From contig JANQJY010000011.1 in the NCBI GenBank assembly GCA_028281385.1, positions 3,937 to 67,936 on the forward strand: DNA of 64,000 bases. The letters run 5' to 3'. The notes beneath the pieces were generated by a model, which saw only the letters and a program-made list of their open reading frames with translations, was not told where the DNA came from and ran no database searches. Made by a program: the position numbers and the translations under genes. Every line of letters starts with the position of its first letter. Within the stretch, counting starts at the first letter, position 1. The stretch comes from Rickettsiales bacterium. Its GTDB lineage: Bacteria > Pseudomonadota > Alphaproteobacteria > Rickettsiales > UBA3002. This document shows, one piece after another, positions 1-8,626 of this stretch.

Positions 1-131
1 TGCTTTACACATTCACAAGTGCAAAGCCTTAGAAGTAGCTTCAATTCGCATATTACCGCCATATTGAAGCTCGAACTTGCAAAGAAACGCGGTGGATAGT
101 CTGGATAGGTTTACTACATAGGAGAATTATC

Positions 132-461
132 ATGAGCTTAGATGTTGGTGAACTTGCATCAAAAATGCTCGAAGCATTCAAAGGTGAATTATCATCCCAC
201 TGGCCAGTTGTGAAAGAATATGCTGAATCAGAATCAAAAAAGCTGGCTGAGAATTTCCTGATGATTGAGAAACTAAGGATCGCTGGCGAAATAACCGAAG
301 AGCAGGCAAAACTACATCATGAGATACAGTGTAATGCCTCCAGATCTGTTTTACTAACGATTGAAGGGCTTGGACTGATTGCTGTAGAACAAGCGATAAA
401 TGCTGCTATGAAAGTATTGCAAGAACCAGTCAATGATGCGGTCGGCTTTGTACTATTATAA
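132..461 (+). CDS. hypothetical small helical protein (109 aa)
   Basis: ORF with a GGAGAA Shine-Dalgarno-like motif just upstream of the ATG. No motif I recognise. Co-directional with the hydrolase gene and 80 nt upstream of it. DNA is visibly AT-rich. Confidence 0.45.
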   Translation: MSLDVGELASKMLEAFKGELSSHWPVVKEYAESESKKLAENFLMIEKLRIAGEITEEQAKLHHEIQCNASRSVLLTIEGLGLIAVEQAINAAMKVLQEPVNDAVGFVLL

Positions 462-541
462 GTATTTCAGCGACTTGATTAATATGGCTAAACATTGTTA
501 GTGATAGAACTAATTTCATCTCTTTTTTAAAGGAACAGACT

Positions 542-1687
542 ATGTCCATCATTCGTTTCTCTGCCATTAATCACACATTATACGCACCCTCGCCAGAGGG
601 TGACATTGACAAGCGCGACTATAACAAGCGGCGCAAAACAGGAGCGCTATTTACCGCACAGGATTGGAACGGCGGCGATAATGACCATATGCATCTGAAG
701 CAAAATCGAGAAGCGTTGGCACATTTTATGCAAACGTCTCTTCAAAACGCTATGTCATCCTATCGCAAAAAGCAGCCGGTACTGTTCATGGTACATGGGT
801 TTTTATATAACCCTACCGAGCGTATTAGTGGAAAGCCGGAAGATACTGATAATCCGCATGGTCGAAATTTTCATTTTGTCGATGGCGACCCATCTTCCGA
901 GATCCGTCATCACACCACATCATGGCCACTGCATCTGGGTTTTGAAGAAAATGATGCAGGTAAGCACGGTATGGCAATTGCGTATGGATGGCATAGTTCT
1001 CCCGGACTTGCCAGTTCTTTATTAAAACACGGACAAAACCATTATCAACGTGCCTATCGTTATGCTGAGGAAAGCGCCACGCCATTACATCATGTGATTT
1101 CGGCCGTGGATCAATTATTAGAAGCAGACATTCCGATTGACATCATGTGTCATAGCCTTGGTTCGCGTGTGGTGATTCGTTTGCTGGCGAAAATAGCACA
1201 ACATACGCCGCACTTGCTCAAACGCATTGGCAAAGTCATTATTCTTGGTGGTGCGGAATATGTATTTGAAGCGGAAGTGATGCTCAAAAGCATTTATGCA
1301 TCTGGTATACCCATGCCGGAAATCTATAATTTCATCACACGCGAAAATGATGTGTTGGATACGTTGGCAGAGAATTTCGGTCCTAAAGGATTTGGTAATC
1401 ATAGTGTGATTGGCCATGACGGTATTGACAAACGTGGCATTCAACCAGTTGATCAATGGTTGGATATTCAGCTTGATAGCAAAGAAGTGCATATATGGGC
1501 CGATAAGGAAGGATTTAAGCTGCGCGGTGATAATCCAGGCTTCTTCTATGTGATGGACCATTGGTATTATTATACCTTCCGGGGTAATATGGCGTTTTAC
1601 CATAAGATTCTTCGTGAGCGTAAAAAATACAGTGTCACTTCATTAAAACAACGCAATATACCAGCAGGCGTTTTAATCAGCCATTAG
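542..1687 (+). CDS. alpha/beta-fold serine hydrolase, DUF900-like esterase/lipase
   Basis: AAAGGAA RBS. PVLFMVHGF strand, YGWHS segment and nucleophile elbow MCHSLGSRV. RENDVLD and VIGHDG are candidate acid and His. The order and spacing of these resemble DUF900-type hydrolases. Confidence 0.6.
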   Translation: MSIIRFSAINHTLYAPSPEGDIDKRDYNKRRKTGALFTAQDWNGGDNDHMHLKQNREALAHFMQTSLQNAMSSYRKKQPVLFMVHGFLYNPTERISGKPEDTDNPHGRNFHFVDGDPSSEIRHHTTSWPLHLGFEENDAGKHGMAIAYGWHSSPGLASSLLKHGQNHYQRAYRYAEESATPLHHVISAVDQLLEADIPIDIMCHSLGSRVVIRLLAKIAQHTPHLLKRIGKVIILGGAEYVFEAEVMLKSIYASGIPMPEIYNFITRENDVLDTLAENFGPKGFGNHSVIGHDGIDKRGIQPVDQWLDIQLDSKEVHIWADKEGFKLRGDNPGFFYVMDHWYYYTFRGNMAFYHKILRERKKYSVTSLKQRNIPAGVLISH

Positions 1688-1697
1688 GATAGACTAT

Positions 1698-1991
1698 TTG
1701 CTCTGTAGCACTGCTTGCACAGGGTTATGATTTGAAAATTCAAACTGTAAATCATGAACTTTAACCGATTTGATTCGTATATAGGAAAATACATCAGAGA
1801 AAATGACGGCGGATAAACTGGACGCAGGGCTGAACGAAGAGGCGTTGCAGCAGGCGCATCATAATCTGGCGGATAAGTCGGCGTCTTCTCCGATGTTGCA
1901 GGCATAAAAGAGTGCTTTAGAGCAAATTGTCAACCAAGGTTGATTGACAAATAAATTATCTATATACAGAGCGTTAAGTGCTTTAGAGCAA
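1698..1991. repeat. intergenic repeat set: one inverted and two direct copies of a 14-15 nt motif, plus a central palindrome
   Basis: AGTGCTTTAGAGCAA occurs at 1911-1925 and 1977-1991 in direct orientation. Its reverse complement, with 2 mismatches, occurs at 1698-1711. The palindrome TTGTCAACC-AA-GGTTGATTGACAA lies at 1927-1950. Confidence 0.6.
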
Positions 1992-2120
1992 GAGAGAAAT
2001 TCTATGATTTGTATCGGGTGCAAAGCTATTTTTCTATTCTTTAAAGGTTTTTATTTAAAACTTTCTTATTGTCTTTAAGAGTTGAATAGTAGTTTTATTG
2101 CTTTCAAGCTCTGCGATAAC

Positions 2121-2357
2121 TTATTTATTTTTCAATTTTTTGAGCACTTCATGTTCATCAAAGTCAAGAATATCAGCAAGATGCAAGAATTCAATCACAT
2201 CAAGGCGGTGTTGTCCGCTCTCTAGCCTCGCAACAAAAGACTGATATTGGTCCAGCTTCTCGGCCAGATCACTTTGCGTCAGTCCTGCCTTCTCACGAAA
2301 GGCGATCATCATTTTGATGAGCTGCTTATGTTGTTTTGTGGAAAGAGCTCTTTCCAT
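2121..2357 (-). CDS. XRE-family helix-turn-helix transcriptional regulator
   Basis: 78 aa. Typical HTH_3 core: REKAGLTQSDLAEKLDQYQSFVARLESGQHRLDV. Confidence 0.8.
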   Translation of the reverse strand: MERALSTKQHKQLIKMMIAFREKAGLTQSDLAEKLDQYQSFVARLESGQHRLDVIEFLHLADILDFDEHEVLKKLKNK

Positions 2358-2428
2358 GTCACCCTGCTTTTTTGAGTGCGAGGTTTTTACTTAATCTGTT
2401 TTTTAGATTACCTTGAAAATAGATAATC

Positions 2429-2800
2429 ATGCAGGTTCATGTGTTTAAACTCTTCAAACCCAAACCACCGCTGAAAGAGGCGATCGGCCTGATCCATCAG
2501 GCTGTGGAGATCGCGTATCAATATAAGCGTGATAAAGACTATCAGTTCACGCGTGACGATCTGATATCTTTTGAACGGGTTGTCCAGGCCCTGTGGGAAG
2601 GCCACACCGCGGCTAACTATATCTTCATTATATGCAACAACGCGCTGCCAGCGAGCCGGAGGGAACGAAGAAATTCAGCGATCCTGAAGTGTTCGACTAC
2701 TGCTATCCGCCACGAGAAACTGGATAGAACGCCCGGTCGATTCACAGAGCGTGGGCTAGCCACACGTGGTGTTTTGGCCAGCGGATTCGCTAAACTATGA
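2429..2800 (+). CDS. hypothetical protein, possibly frameshifted near its 3' end
   Basis: ORF divergent from the XRE gene. The last ~50 codons are Arg/Ser-rich and look non-coding, while an alternative frame around 2650-2740 reads more protein-like. No motif recognised. Confidence 0.25.
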   Translation: MQVHVFKLFKPKPPLKEAIGLIHQAVEIAYQYKRDKDYQFTRDDLISFERVVQALWEGHTAANYIFIICNNALPASRRERRNSAILKCSTTAIRHEKLDRTPGRFTERGLATRGVLASGFAKL

Positions 2801-2879
2801 AGATATGATGACTTTTTTGCTGCTTTTTGCGTGGAATTTGGTTAAAATGCGTTAAAATAATCAATGATCAGGGACGGTT

Positions 2880-3437
2880 ATGCGATCATTTCGTGCATCA
2901 ATGGCCAAATGTCAGAAGGGGTCGACCATTATCGAGTTTGCGATCGTGGCGCCGGTGCTGTTTCTGATTCTGTTCGGCGTGTTTGAATTTGCCTTTATCG
3001 TCTTTGCCACCATTGTGATCGAAAGCGCGACCGATATCGCCACGCGTACATCGCGTATCGGTAACCTCGACGATATCAATGATTTCAAGGCGCATATCCG
3101 TGATGTCATAGAAGAAAAATCCTTCGGACTGATCAATTATGACAGAGTAGTGATTACGACCGATACCTCTGCGGACTATGAGAATCTGAACAAGCTTCCG
3201 GAGCCGGAAACCTGTATTAAATCGGAAGGTAGAGAGTGTGTGCAGTGGATTGATACGAACGGCAACGGAATATATGATGACGGTGCATCGCTGGCATTGG
3301 GTGGTGGTGGTGAGCGGATAGAGTTTCGAGTGCTGTATCCCTGGACGATTCAATTTCCCTTTATGGGTGATTTTATCGGGGATAACGGAGAATATATTAT
3401 TACCGCATCGAGTATTGTGCAGAATGAGCCGGAGTAA
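2880..3437 (+). CDS. TadE-like pilus-assembly (pseudopilin-like) protein
   Basis: N-terminal TadE signature GSTIIEFAIVAPVLFLILFGVFEF. Confidence 0.75.
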   Translation: MRSFRASMAKCQKGSTIIEFAIVAPVLFLILFGVFEFAFIVFATIVIESATDIATRTSRIGNLDDINDFKAHIRDVIEEKSFGLINYDRVVITTDTSADYENLNKLPEPETCIKSEGRECVQWIDTNGNGIYDDGASLALGGGGERIEFRVLYPWTIQFPFMGDFIGDNGEYIITASSIVQNEPE

Positions 3438-3440
3438 CCT

Positions 3441-4121
3441 ATGCGTCGTTTTACAGCATTCCTGAAAGATATCCGCGGACTGGCGTTTATTGAGTTTATT
3501 GTCGCGGCACCGATCTTTATCATCATCATTTTTGCCGGATTCGAAATCGGGCGTTATATGATGATCCTTCAGAAGGTCGATAAATCCGCCTATACGCTTG
3601 GAGATATGATCTCACAGGCGGTGCCGGCATCCAATCCGGTGGGTGACGGTATGCTGACGGTTGCTGAATTGCAGGACATTATGAGCTATTTTGAACGGGT
3701 CATGAATCCGCATGATGTGGAAGAAAAGGGGATGGTGATTATCACCTCGCTGTTTAAAAGAGATGATACTGCGGCGATTCGCGTTCAATGGCAGATGGCC
3801 GGCGGTGGTGGCATGTATGGAGGAGATGTCTCCAGTGAGATGAACGGGATGCCTGCCGCCAGCATCAATAACTCTGTGAAGGGAAGCATTGCCGGATTTA
3901 ACCCGTCGATTAACGAAGCAATTAATGTCAATGGCGGCATTTTCGGTGGTGAGAATTTCATCGCAGTCGAAATATTCTATCTGTATGAGCCCATTTTCCA
4001 GAGTATTTTCGGATGGACTGGCCTGGAATTTGTCGAAGAAACCCTGCTGAAGCGATCAGCGTTTTTCAGACCGAGGATGGGTGATTTATTATATCTGCCG
4101 CCGGATTATCCCGCGCCGTAA
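3441..4121 (+). CDS. TadE/TadF-like pilus-assembly protein
   Basis: N-terminal GLAFIEFIVAAPIFIIIIFAGFEIGR. Separated by 3 nt from the preceding TadE-like gene. Confidence 0.7.
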   Translation: MRRFTAFLKDIRGLAFIEFIVAAPIFIIIIFAGFEIGRYMMILQKVDKSAYTLGDMISQAVPASNPVGDGMLTVAELQDIMSYFERVMNPHDVEEKGMVIITSLFKRDDTAAIRVQWQMAGGGGMYGGDVSSEMNGMPAASINNSVKGSIAGFNPSINEAINVNGGIFGGENFIAVEIFYLYEPIFQSIFGWTGLEFVEETLLKRSAFFRPRMGDLLYLPPDYPAP

Positions 4122-4133
4122 GAGGAATATCGA

Positions 4134-5267
4134 ATGAAGCGAAATATGTATAGATTGATCGGCAACCAGGAGGGCGGAGTCTTTTTTCTAATTGCCATTA
4201 TGTTGGTCGTCGTTGTTGCGGTTGGCGGCATGGGTGTGGATTTTGGCCGTGCTCAACTGGTGAAACACAAGATGCAGCAGGCCGTGGATGCGGCGGCACT
4301 GGCCGGGGCGTTATCGCCCGAAGCTATGTCTGCAGCCGAGAAGCACGCACAGGTGCACAAATTCTTTGCGCTTAATTTCCGCGATAATTTCATGCAGTCG
4401 GAAATTGCGGCGGACAATCTCAATATTCAATTTATTCCCGACGCAGACGATCCTGAATTTGTCGAAGTCTGGGTCGATGATGTTGAACCTACCTATTTCA
4501 TCAAACTGCTGGGCTTTACCGAGCTGCCTATCCGCGCGGAAACACGCGTGTCCTATGTTGGCGATCGTAACCCTGACCTTGATGTCGTGATAGTGGTGGA
4601 TGTGTCAGGGTCTATGGAATCGATAGGTAGCGATGGAGTTACACGTATCGGAGGATTGCGCAATGCATCGCAGACGATAGTTGATTTGCTTTTTAAGGAC
4701 AGGGACAATGAGAAATCGCGCGTGGCGATAATTACTTATAATCATATGGTAGATATTGCTACAAATCTTACCAATGACCATGCACGACTTACAAATATCA
4801 TTAGTGGTTTTAGCTCGAGTGGCGCGACGGCCGGCGGACCAGCGGCGCAAGCAGCCGCACCACTGATAAAAAATCCTATTCCGCGCCTGAAAGATGGTGA
4901 AGCCGGCGAGACGCGGGCATTTATCTTTTTAACGGATGGTACCTTTAATGTTGGGTATGATCCTAATTTTAAAAATCCGGCAGAAAGCCAGCAGTTGTTT
5001 CGAAGCGCCTGTAATGAACTGAGTGCGAGTGATGTATTAAAATTTACCATCAGCTTTGGCGATGATAATGATTGGGTGCCTCCTATTCCCGAGCTAAGAT
5101 GGTCGGGAGGGCCTGCAATTGATATGTATGGGCCGATAGACAAACAGATATTACAGGACTGCGTTGATAATCCCGCATTCTATTCTCATGCAGCGACCTC
5201 GGAAGAGCTTGAAGAAATCTTCAAGGAAATTTTCTTTCAATTGCGCCGGGTCCGTATCGTAAAATAA
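4134..5267 (+). CDS. TadG-like protein with von Willebrand factor A domain
   Basis: N-terminal Tad-type segment FFLIAIMLVVVVAVGGMGVDFGRAQL...AVDAAALAGA. MIDAS-type motif in VVIVVDVSGSMES. Confidence 0.75.
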   Translation: MKRNMYRLIGNQEGGVFFLIAIMLVVVVAVGGMGVDFGRAQLVKHKMQQAVDAAALAGALSPEAMSAAEKHAQVHKFFALNFRDNFMQSEIAADNLNIQFIPDADDPEFVEVWVDDVEPTYFIKLLGFTELPIRAETRVSYVGDRNPDLDVVIVVDVSGSMESIGSDGVTRIGGLRNASQTIVDLLFKDRDNEKSRVAIITYNHMVDIATNLTNDHARLTNIISGFSSSGATAGGPAAQAAAPLIKNPIPRLKDGEAGETRAFIFLTDGTFNVGYDPNFKNPAESQQLFRSACNELSASDVLKFTISFGDDNDWVPPIPELRWSGGPAIDMYGPIDKQILQDCVDNPAFYSHAATSEELEEIFKEIFFQLRRVRIVK

Positions 5268-5275
5268 CCGTTCAT

Positions 5276-6601
5276 ATGGCGAATGAATATCATGTTTTAT
5301 CTGCATTGCCGGCACGTGATGCAGAGGAATGGGATGAGGCGTATGAAACCCTAACCAGGCGCCTGGTTGCATCGGGTTTGTTGCGCATCAATGCTGACCA
5401 TGCCCGTAATTTCGTTTCTTATAACGGGTCGGATTTTGATAAAACTTTCAGCAAGCGTCAAATGCTCGATCCGCAATTATCCCTTCACACACAAAAAATA
5501 ATCGCACAAACCCTGCCCGGGATGGCAGGTGAGAAAGGGGTTATGGAAGTACGTGACCGGCTGTTGTATGAATTGAAAAAAGCGGGCGATATTCCCCTTG
5601 AACAGGAGATAAACATTGCACGGTTGCTGGTGCAGTCAACGCATCCGATGCTGATCGAAATGGCGTTGCTTGAACAGGTCGAGATATTCGTCTCCTATTC
5701 ACATAATATTGCCGATCTGATGGCGATTCATTTCTGGGATCAGGTTGGAAAGAACAGTGGCATGCAATCCATTAGCGGTGACGGTGCGGCGATTTACGTC
5801 TCTTGCGGAGGAGATCCGTTTTTTTCCGGTGAACACAAGACTTACGTCACTGACGGCTTTCCGGCGCTGGCACGTTTGATGGTCATCGCAGCACAGGAGT
5901 TCGGCCATTATGCCGATATTATGCGTAATGATACGGGCCAAGTCAGGGGGCGCTATTCCGTCTATTTATATCCTGAATTCCAAGCCAGAGAACATGTGCG
6001 CAATGCACGTGTGGAAGATGGATATACCATGCAGCATCTGGTGCATGTACTGCGTCAATCCGGCGTGTATCGTCTGGCGAAATATGAAAAAGCCGTGCAT
6101 TTTTTCAAGGAGAAAAAGAACCGCTCTTTAACAGCCTGGTGGTATCGCTGGAAATGCTGGTTGGAAAAACGCCATGTCAAACAGATGGCCCGGCAACAGG
6201 ACAGTCAGTTTATTTTATCATTTCCCGAATATGTTTATGGAGGGGCGGGATGGGGTACAAACATGACGCGCTGTGTCGCCGATATGCTGTTTAATCTGGC
6301 CCCTAAGGCCGATGCGTATCAGCGTCATAGCAAACAGGAAGAAGAAGCGGTGGCCTGTATTGAAGCGCTGGCACGTGTGCCGCAGCAGGCGGTCAAATGG
6401 TCGGATACGATTACCAGGATTTGCTGGCCGAATTTACATAAGATTTATCACAGGGAAGTGATAGCCGAAACAATCTGTCATTATGAACGGTTATTGGGTC
6501 GATCGTATGAGATGGGCTGTCTGGATATAACCATCAGTAAAAACTCGAAAAAATGGTGGAAAAAAGAGCTTGGAAAGGTGCTGTTCCGGCGCCAATCTTA
6601 A
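5276..6601 (+). CDS. hypothetical protein (441 aa), no signal peptide
   Basis: Long ORF starting 8 nt after tadG-like. Only a degenerate zincin-like string, AAQEFGHYAD (Q where HExxH has its first His). No family recognised. Confidence 0.5.
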   Translation: MANEYHVLSALPARDAEEWDEAYETLTRRLVASGLLRINADHARNFVSYNGSDFDKTFSKRQMLDPQLSLHTQKIIAQTLPGMAGEKGVMEVRDRLLYELKKAGDIPLEQEINIARLLVQSTHPMLIEMALLEQVEIFVSYSHNIADLMAIHFWDQVGKNSGMQSISGDGAAIYVSCGGDPFFSGEHKTYVTDGFPALARLMVIAAQEFGHYADIMRNDTGQVRGRYSVYLYPEFQAREHVRNARVEDGYTMQHLVHVLRQSGVYRLAKYEKAVHFFKEKKNRSLTAWWYRWKCWLEKRHVKQMARQQDSQFILSFPEYVYGGAGWGTNMTRCVADMLFNLAPKADAYQRHSKQEEEAVACIEALARVPQQAVKWSDTITRICWPNLHKIYHREVIAETICHYERLLGRSYEMGCLDITISKNSKKWWKKELGKVLFRRQS

Positions 6602-6683
6602 CAAAACCGTCACATTTCTCCCCCTCCCTCTTTGCTATACTGAAAATAACTAAAATTATAACTATTTAGAGTGTGTGACATCT

Positions 6684-8603
6684 ATGGCCAACGATGCCGA
6701 GAAAGATACCGAAAAAACAGAGCAGTCGAGCGTATTACGTGATCTATTTATTAATGGAGGAATACTTGTTGCTATCGCCGTCCTTTTTCTCGGTATTGCA
6801 TCTATCTTTTCATCTGATCTTCGTGGATGGGCGAATGACTTTATTGGCAATAATTTTGGTACTGAAAACCAAGTTCTGTTTCAGGTTCTGCTAAATAAAG
6901 TGATGGGCTTTTTGGGCTCGGATGTCCCCTTCCCAAATGCAATTAAGGATCATTTGTTAAATTTATCGCCGGACGAAGCAGCCGCAAAGCTAGTTGAAAA
7001 AGGGTTTTCTGCTACTGTCGCTAAAACATTAACAAGAGATCCGGCAGGGTTCAAAAGTTTTCTGGAAATGATGGAAGCAGAGAAAATAAGTTTCGCGACG
7101 CAATCGGACTTGTCATTAGATAAAATCATTACTGCCAATACAGTAGAAGCATTCATTAAAAGCGATAAAATGAGTGTTCAATATAAACAGAATGTATTTG
7201 AAGCATTACATAATGAAATTACTGGTGGAATGACGCCACAGGGGACAGATGCTAAAACCAGTGATGTGGCACAGGCATTTTTAACAGCGCTCAAAGAACT
7301 CAGTGTGAAACCAGATGGCGCAGCAAAAAGCCGTTTGAGACAACTGAAAGAAGCGCATCCGGAAATTACCGGAAAAATAGCAAATATCATTAAACAGCAA
7401 ATAAGTAATCCGGCCAGAATGATAGGGTTTATGGCATTGTATCCTGGCATATTAAGGGATTTAGATCTTAAGGTGACGCCTGCTGGTGACGCTCCTCCAA
7501 GTCAGGATGAAGCGGTTCCTCCAGTCAGAGTTGAAGCGGCTACTCCTCCAGACAGGGATGAAAGAGGAGAAGAAATAGCAGAAACAGCTATTGATGAAGG
7601 GTTTATGAGAATGTTTGGGAAATATGCTAACTTGAAAGCGATTGATGCTTCGAAAACAAATATGGATGTTATTTTTACGGCCCTTGGAAAATTAAATGAA
7701 GCACAACAGGCGCAGGTAATAAAACTTGTAGGAAATATTGCAACTGCTACGCAGGGAACAGGTAATCCGGCACAGGTGTTGGTCGGACAATTACCCACCT
7801 TTTTAAAAGATCCTGTATTGCAGGATCCAAAAATATTGGGAGCATTGGCGGATATAATGAAAGGCGTGTCGCTGCCACCAGCTAAGATGCTTGGTGATAC
7901 AGTGGATCAGAAAACACTGGATATGCTTAAACCGCTAAAGGCTATACTTGGTAATGCGGAAAATCTGGCACTGTTGCGTGACACATTGAAAACCGTGTCA
8001 GATAAAGATGTCAAAACGATTGTCGGAATGCTTGGTGGAAACTTTGGAACAAAAGACATGCAGGGATTATTGCCCATAGCCTATCGTAATAAAGGTGCGT
8101 TTACGAAGTTATCGGGGTTGAAGACGGATGATCCGAAGATGAAGGCGCATTTGGGCAATCTTAAGCATGCGACTGATTTCATTACGCAAGGCAAGTTTTC
8201 TGAAGCTGACATTAAGACATTATCGACATTACTGGAAGTGAAAGATTTCAGTATAGGTAAAATGGCAGCAATAGCAGGAAGAGTATCCGGTGCGTTTAAA
8301 ACAAATAGAGCTGAAAAAATAACGGCTTTGACAACATTCTTTCAACATTTTCAAACGACAGTTCCAGGAAAAGAAAATGCATTTCTGTATGGAGAAAAAG
8401 CGCATAACACTATATCCGTGATAAAGGGTATGGGAGAAGGAGGAATAAAGATGCTGACTTCTCCTGAAGTGGCAGCCCTTGCTGGAGTATTAAGTGGATT
8501 TATAAGTCATCCTGAGAAGAGTGGAGATGAAAAAAAAGTGACGTGTCCATCTCTACCGCTTGTGCCAGAGGTAACACTTCCCGCAGGGTGCCCCGCAAGG
8601 TAG
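6684..8603 (+). CDS. hypothetical membrane-anchored protein (~640 aa), Lys-rich helical with a Pro-rich linker
   Basis: Start is ATG 6684, or GTG 6675. One N-terminal TM helix (GGILVAIAVLFLGIASIF). Central PPSQDEAVPPVRVEAATPP linker. AT-rich codon usage. No family recognised. Confidence 0.5.
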   Translation: MANDAEKDTEKTEQSSVLRDLFINGGILVAIAVLFLGIASIFSSDLRGWANDFIGNNFGTENQVLFQVLLNKVMGFLGSDVPFPNAIKDHLLNLSPDEAAAKLVEKGFSATVAKTLTRDPAGFKSFLEMMEAEKISFATQSDLSLDKIITANTVEAFIKSDKMSVQYKQNVFEALHNEITGGMTPQGTDAKTSDVAQAFLTALKELSVKPDGAAKSRLRQLKEAHPEITGKIANIIKQQISNPARMIGFMALYPGILRDLDLKVTPAGDAPPSQDEAVPPVRVEAATPPDRDERGEEIAETAIDEGFMRMFGKYANLKAIDASKTNMDVIFTALGKLNEAQQAQVIKLVGNIATATQGTGNPAQVLVGQLPTFLKDPVLQDPKILGALADIMKGVSLPPAKMLGDTVDQKTLDMLKPLKAILGNAENLALLRDTLKTVSDKDVKTIVGMLGGNFGTKDMQGLLPIAYRNKGAFTKLSGLKTDDPKMKAHLGNLKHATDFITQGKFSEADIKTLSTLLEVKDFSIGKMAAIAGRVSGAFKTNRAEKITALTTFFQHFQTTVPGKENAFLYGEKAHNTISVIKGMGEGGIKMLTSPEVAALAGVLSGFISHPEKSGDEKKVTCPSLPLVPEVTLPAGCPAR

Positions 8604-8626
8604 AAATGTCTCTTTAAGATTAAACA

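Noticed and set aside
1803-1907. 34-codon GC-richer ORF (MTADKLDAGLNEEALQQAHHNLADKSASSPMLQA) between the inverted repeats
   Set aside because: No RBS, too short, and no recognisable motif. It may be a gene fragment, but there is not enough evidence to annotate it.
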